Sequence record: DRR723986_5034
Length of the DNA: 64,000 bases
Reading direction: 5' to 3' (one strand)
The notes under the pieces are model-generated. The model worked only from the letters and a program-made list of their open reading frames with translations. It did not search any database and was not told the DNA's origin. Positions 60,580-64,000 of the stretch are shown piece by piece. Positions within the stretch are counted from its first letter, which is position 1. The number at the start of each line of letters is the position of its first letter. Made by a program: the position numbers and the translations under genes.

Positions 60580-61263
60580 TTAAAAGATAGAAAGGCATAC
60601 GGCGGCGCCAGCCGCAAAAAACAAGACCAATGCCTGCCACATCGGCCTCATCTTCGGGTCAGGTGACTGCGCATGAGATTTGGTATTGCCCGTGATCATG
60701 GGCCATATCAAATTAACCCGCTTAAGGACCGCGTACAATAAAACCACAACCACATGAAAAATCACGACACCAATTAATATACGCCCCAAAAGTTTATGCC
60801 ATGTGGTCAGGTCGCTGGACAGGCTACCCGCTACGTCACGGGCAAAAGGGCCAGAGAATATCATGCCGTCACTGGCAAAAAGCCCCATTAACGCCTGCGC
60901 CAACAAAAGCAAAAGCATCAAAATAACCGACAAGCCACCAAGAGGGTTATGTCCAATTTCTCGGTAAGGCAAGTTGCTGAAAGTGTGTTTCACATGCTGG
61001 AAAATAGCGGCAGGGCTTTTGACAAAATGGCTAAAACGCGCAGTTTCACTGCCCGCAATACCCCACGCAATGCGCCACACCACCAAAATGATAATGGCAA
61101 CGCCTGCGTTCAAATGCATATCAGCATATTGGCCAAACTTATCCTGAAAGGCCGAATAGGCAGACAGGCAAAACACCACAACCAAAACCCAATGGAACAA
61201 ACGAACTGCGCCGTCCCAAACCTTAATTTTCTTTTCAGTCTCTGTGCTGTTGGAATTATTCAT
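60580..61263 (-). CDS. Di-haem cytochrome b (Ni-hydrogenase cytochrome b-like)
   Basis: VWDGAVRLFHW, H..G..WRIAWG, GHNPLGG, WHK..IFHV, NLIWPMITG. Confidence 0.9.
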   Translation of the reverse strand: MNNSNSTETEKKIKVWDGAVRLFHWVLVVVFCLSAYSAFQDKFGQYADMHLNAGVAIIILVVWRIAWGIAGSETARFSHFVKSPAAIFQHVKHTFSNLPYREIGHNPLGGLSVILMLLLLLAQALMGLFASDGMIFSGPFARDVAGSLSSDLTTWHKLLGRILIGVVIFHVVVVLLYAVLKRVNLIWPMITGNTKSHAQSPDPKMRPMWQALVLFFAAGAAVCLSIF

Positions 61264-61272
61264 AGCATTAAC

Positions 61273-62250
61273 CTAAGCCTCCATTATCAAGGATACAGCA
61301 TTGATAATATCTGCGCTATCAGGCAACCAAATTTTTTCCGCGCCGGGTGCGTATGGCACTGGGGTATCCGGCGGGCACAGCTTTTTAGGTGCCGCCTTAA
61401 AAGCTGTAAAAGCTTGCTCCGTCATCACGGCAATCACCGCATCAGCAAAGCCGGCGAAGGGCGCCCCTTCATCAACCACCAACAATCGCCCCGTTTTCCG
61501 AACGCTTGACACCAAAGTCGTCGTATCGAGAGGTTTTATTGTTCTGGGGTCAATAACTTCGGCGTTAATACCCCGCTCGCATAACTTATCAGCCGCCGCC
61601 AGCGCTTGGTTTACCATGGCGCTAACAGCAACAATGGTAATATCCGTGCCTAAACACACCATCCGCGCGGTGCCTACTTCAACCTCAGGCAAGCTTTCGT
61701 CCACACGGCCTTCTTCGGCATACAGATGTTTGTTTTCCATAAAAACAACGGGGCCATTGCATTTAAAAGCAGCCTTCAACAGGCCCGCTGCATCCGCCGG
61801 GTTGGACGGGCAAACCACTGTCAAGCCAGCGATTGATGCTAGCATGCCATGCAAGCTTGCACTGTGCATAGCGCCAGACCCGTCACCTGCACCCATGGTG
61901 GTTCTAATCACCATCGGCACATTAACCCGGCCATTAGATAAAAACCGGGCCTTGGCTGCCTGATTAAGAATTTGATCAAAACACACGCCGATAAAGTCAT
62001 TGAACATAATTTCAACCATAGGCCTAAGGCCCGTCATGGCAGCGCCGACAGCCATACCCACAAAAGCGGTCTCTGATATGGGCGTGTTTATTACCCTGTC
62101 TGTACCGTAAGTTTGCGCCAAACCACGGGTAACGCCAAAAACGCCGTCCGCTATGTCCTCACCGATGCATATAACATATGGGTCTGCCGCCATGACATGA
62201 TGCATAGCTTGATTAAGCGCAGCTTCATATGTCATCGGCTTGCTGCTCAT
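61273..62250 (-). CDS. 2-oxoacid/acetoin dehydrogenase E1 beta subunit (AcoB-like)
   Basis: GEDI, NTPISE, EIMFNDF, ENKHLY, EVIDPRTIKPLD, SVRKTGRLLVVDE. Confidence 0.88.
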   Translation of the reverse strand: MSSKPMTYEAALNQAMHHVMAADPYVICIGEDIADGVFGVTRGLAQTYGTDRVINTPISETAFVGMAVGAAMTGLRPMVEIMFNDFIGVCFDQILNQAAKARFLSNGRVNVPMVIRTTMGAGDGSGAMHSASLHGMLASIAGLTVVCPSNPADAAGLLKAAFKCNGPVVFMENKHLYAEEGRVDESLPEVEVGTARMVCLGTDITIVAVSAMVNQALAAADKLCERGINAEVIDPRTIKPLDTTTLVSSVRKTGRLLVVDEGAPFAGFADAVIAVMTEQAFTAFKAAPKKLCPPDTPVPYAPGAEKIWLPDSADIINAVSLIMEA

Positions 62251-63194
62251 GACGGCGCACCGGAGAGGGCGTGCCAGTGGCTTAATTGCTGGCGACCGGT
62301 TTTAGGTGTTTTGAGTGCTTCTGCAATGGCCGTTCGGGCCTGGCTTGCCGCCTCTTTTTTTGCATGCTCACAGTCTGCTTCAGTGTATCCATTTGCCAAC
62401 AAGTGCGCTTCAAACAGCTGTAATGCGGTACCGACATCATTATTTTTCAGGCTTGTTTGTTGCTCCCCGTAATAATGTCCATCATCTCTGGTAATAGACA
62501 CTTCAACAAATGCTGGCGTGAACAACCGCGCGGCCTTTGTCGCCGCCGAAAAAGCAGCAACACAAGCCTCAAAATTTTTGCCGTCTGCCTTGCTGGCCTT
62601 GAGGCCAAAAGACGCCGCCCTTTCTGTGAAACTATCGCCACCGCTGGCAAACTGGACACTCGTGGTTTGAGCCATGCCATTGTTGAAAAGAACGAAAACC
62701 ATCGGCAACGAAAGTGTAACGGCCAAATTCATTGCCTCCATAACCGCACCTTGATTGGCGGCACCGTCACCAAAAGTCGCAACACCAATACCACCGGTTT
62801 TTTTTGTTTTCGCCGTTAGCGCTGCCCCTGCAGCAAGCGGCACCTGCGCGCCGACAATACCGTTTGATGTAAGAAAACCAGCCTCGGGGGCCATAAGGTG
62901 CTGTGTGCCTGCCATGCCATCAGACAGGCCACCAACCCGGCCCAATATCTCTTTGGCTATATCTTCAGGGCGCGCGCCCGCAGCAAGGGCAAGGCCATGA
63001 CTTCTGTGCGACCCTGTTACCTGATCAATTTTTGCATCAAGCACAGAAGCTAAAGCAACCTCGGCCACTTCTGCGCCTGTGGACAGATGCACAAGGCCCG
63101 GCACTTCGCCTGCATCGCTTTGTTTCGCAATCTCACGCTCGAAAGCGCGAATGAAGCAAGCCCGGGTGAAAGAATGCAGTTGATCAGTTTTCAT
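62247..63194 (-). CDS. TPP-dependent E1 alpha subunit (AcoA-like, divergent)
   Basis: PGLVHL, SHRSHG, NGIVG, TPP motif FGDGAANQG..NN. Confidence 0.85.
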   Translation of the reverse strand: MKTDQLHSFTRACFIRAFEREIAKQSDAGEVPGLVHLSTGAEVAEVALASVLDAKIDQVTGSHRSHGLALAAGARPEDIAKEILGRVGGLSDGMAGTQHLMAPEAGFLTSNGIVGAQVPLAAGAALTAKTKKTGGIGVATFGDGAANQGAVMEAMNLAVTLSLPMVFVLFNNGMAQTTSVQFASGGDSFTERAASFGLKASKADGKNFEACVAAFSAATKAARLFTPAFVEVSITRDDGHYYGEQQTSLKNNDVGTALQLFEAHLLANGYTEADCEHAKKEAASQARTAIAEALKTPKTGRQQLSHWHALSGAPS

Positions 63195-63303
63195 GGTTAA
63201 TGCCTACACCAACTCATAGAGCGTCGCCACAGATAATCAAAACCTAACTGCTCTTTGCTTGGCATAAATAAGTAGAAAACTAACAGACACCGTACCGAAG
63301 AAG

Positions 63304-63358
63304 GTTGACTCGTAACCCCTACATCCCATATGTAAACATGACTTATTTAGTCATATAT
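63304..63358 (+). promoter_or_regulatory. Promoter region of suf regulator: RpoH-like promoter and IscR type-1-like box
   Basis: GTTGAC-N15-CCCATAT (63304-63331). AAACATGACTTATTTAGTCATATAT (63334-63358) matches the IscR type-1 consensus at 20 of 25 positions. Confidence 0.65.
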
Positions 63359-63401
63359 ATTCCATTTTGGTCAAACATCACGGGCAAGAAGGGTTAACCC
63401 C

Positions 63402-63860
63402 ATGATAAGGCTTACAAATTTAGCGGACTATGCCGTTATTCTAATGTGCGAAATTGCTGGTGCAGCCGACCGTATTAGCGCGCAAGAGCTATCGACCACC
63501 ACCAACATTCCCGTGCCGACAGTCTCTAAAATATTAAACGCGCTTGGACGCGGTGGTTTACTGGTATCACACCGCGGACTGAAAGGCGGCTTTGCCCTTG
63601 CCCGCCCTACTGACGAGATCACGGCTGCAGACATCATTGAAGCAATCGACGGCCCCATTGCCCTCACAAGCTGCACCGAGCCATCAGACAATGACTGTAG
63701 TTACACCGACATTTGTTCTATGCGGCCCAAATGGCAGGTAATCAACGGTGCCGTTAAAGGCGCCCTGGATGATGTGACGCTTTCATCACTGATAACGCCC
63801 ATAGGCGGCGAAGAGCTCGCGGCCCAGTTTGAAGCCCAGGCGATGAGTGCCGGAGCATAA
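63402..63860 (+). CDS. Rrf2-family SUF Fe-S cluster assembly regulator (IscR-like)
   Basis: MIRLTNLADYA, SHRGLKGGFALAR, IIEAIDGPIALTSC, three Cys ligands. Confidence 0.9.
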   Translation: MIRLTNLADYAVILMCEIAGAADRISAQELSTTTNIPVPTVSKILNALGRGGLLVSHRGLKGGFALARPTDEITAADIIEAIDGPIALTSCTEPSDNDCSYTDICSMRPKWQVINGAVKGALDDVTLSSLITPIGGEELAAQFEAQAMSAGA

Positions 63861-63949
63861 AAAAAGGCCAGAGCTTAAAAGATACCAAAGCGCATGACTA
63901 AGTTAAATACGACACTATTAAAGTAATTGATTAACAAGGAGCCAGCCAG

Positions 63950-64000
63950 ATGGCAGGTACCCAAGAAACCCAACAACAGGTTGCGGAAATAACCGGCGAT
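63950..64000 (+). CDS. Probable N-terminus of SufB (truncated by window edge)
   Basis: AAGGAG SD then MAGTQETQQQVAEITGD, following the Rrf2 regulator as in alphaproteobacterial suf operons. Only 17 codons are visible. Confidence 0.5.
   Translation, partial: MAGTQETQQQVAEITGD

Noticed and set aside
60580-61263. Hydrogenase locus suggested by the Ni-hydrogenase-type cytochrome b and the HupE/UreJ gene
   Set aside because: No hydrogenase subunits or hyp maturation genes in the window. Both families occur widely outside hydrogenase clusters.

Overview
A gene-dense, roughly 50% GC chromosomal segment from an alphaproteobacterium. The gcrA/argD-argF-hslO neighbourhood, CcrM-type GANTC sites and a Caulobacter-like T2SS locus support this; a marine Kordiimonadales-like host is only an inference. 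I found no rRNA, tRNA, CRISPR array, prophage or IS element. From left to right the window holds: an AttEFGH-like ABC transporter/lipocalin operon; an alternative oxidase plus group III truncated haemoglobin pair behind a perfect RegA/RegR box; a complete reductive pyrimidine catabolism operon with a RutR box over its -35; and a divergent pair of a secreted, atypical S9 peptidase and a CadC/ToxR-like transmembrane regulator, separated by four 11-bp-phased direct repeats. Two lipoprotein amidases flank the pyrimidine/peptidase block. Next come a DUF3604-PPIase-HupE/UreJ trio with an upstream palindromic operator, a candidate ~53-nt anti-Shine-Dalgarno sRNA, and a Pho-box-preceded locus encoding a tandem-duplicated ElpS-like lipoprotein, a TonB-dependent receptor and a full T2SS. 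The right part holds a quinohaemoprotein ADH, an ABC exporter fused to an M1-like peptidase, hslO-argF-argD with a long structured leader, gcrA with three clustered GcrA-type GANTC motifs, cytochrome c'/cytochrome b next to an orphan divergent E1 alpha/beta pair, and the start of the suf operon with an IscR-type box. The best candidates for undescribed systems are the CadC-S9 sensing module, the DUF3604 trio and the sRNA. The lipoprotein-TBDR-T2SS unit resembles the known Caulobacter elpS locus, but the doubled lipoprotein is unusual. All calls come from motif recognition by eye; no searches were run.
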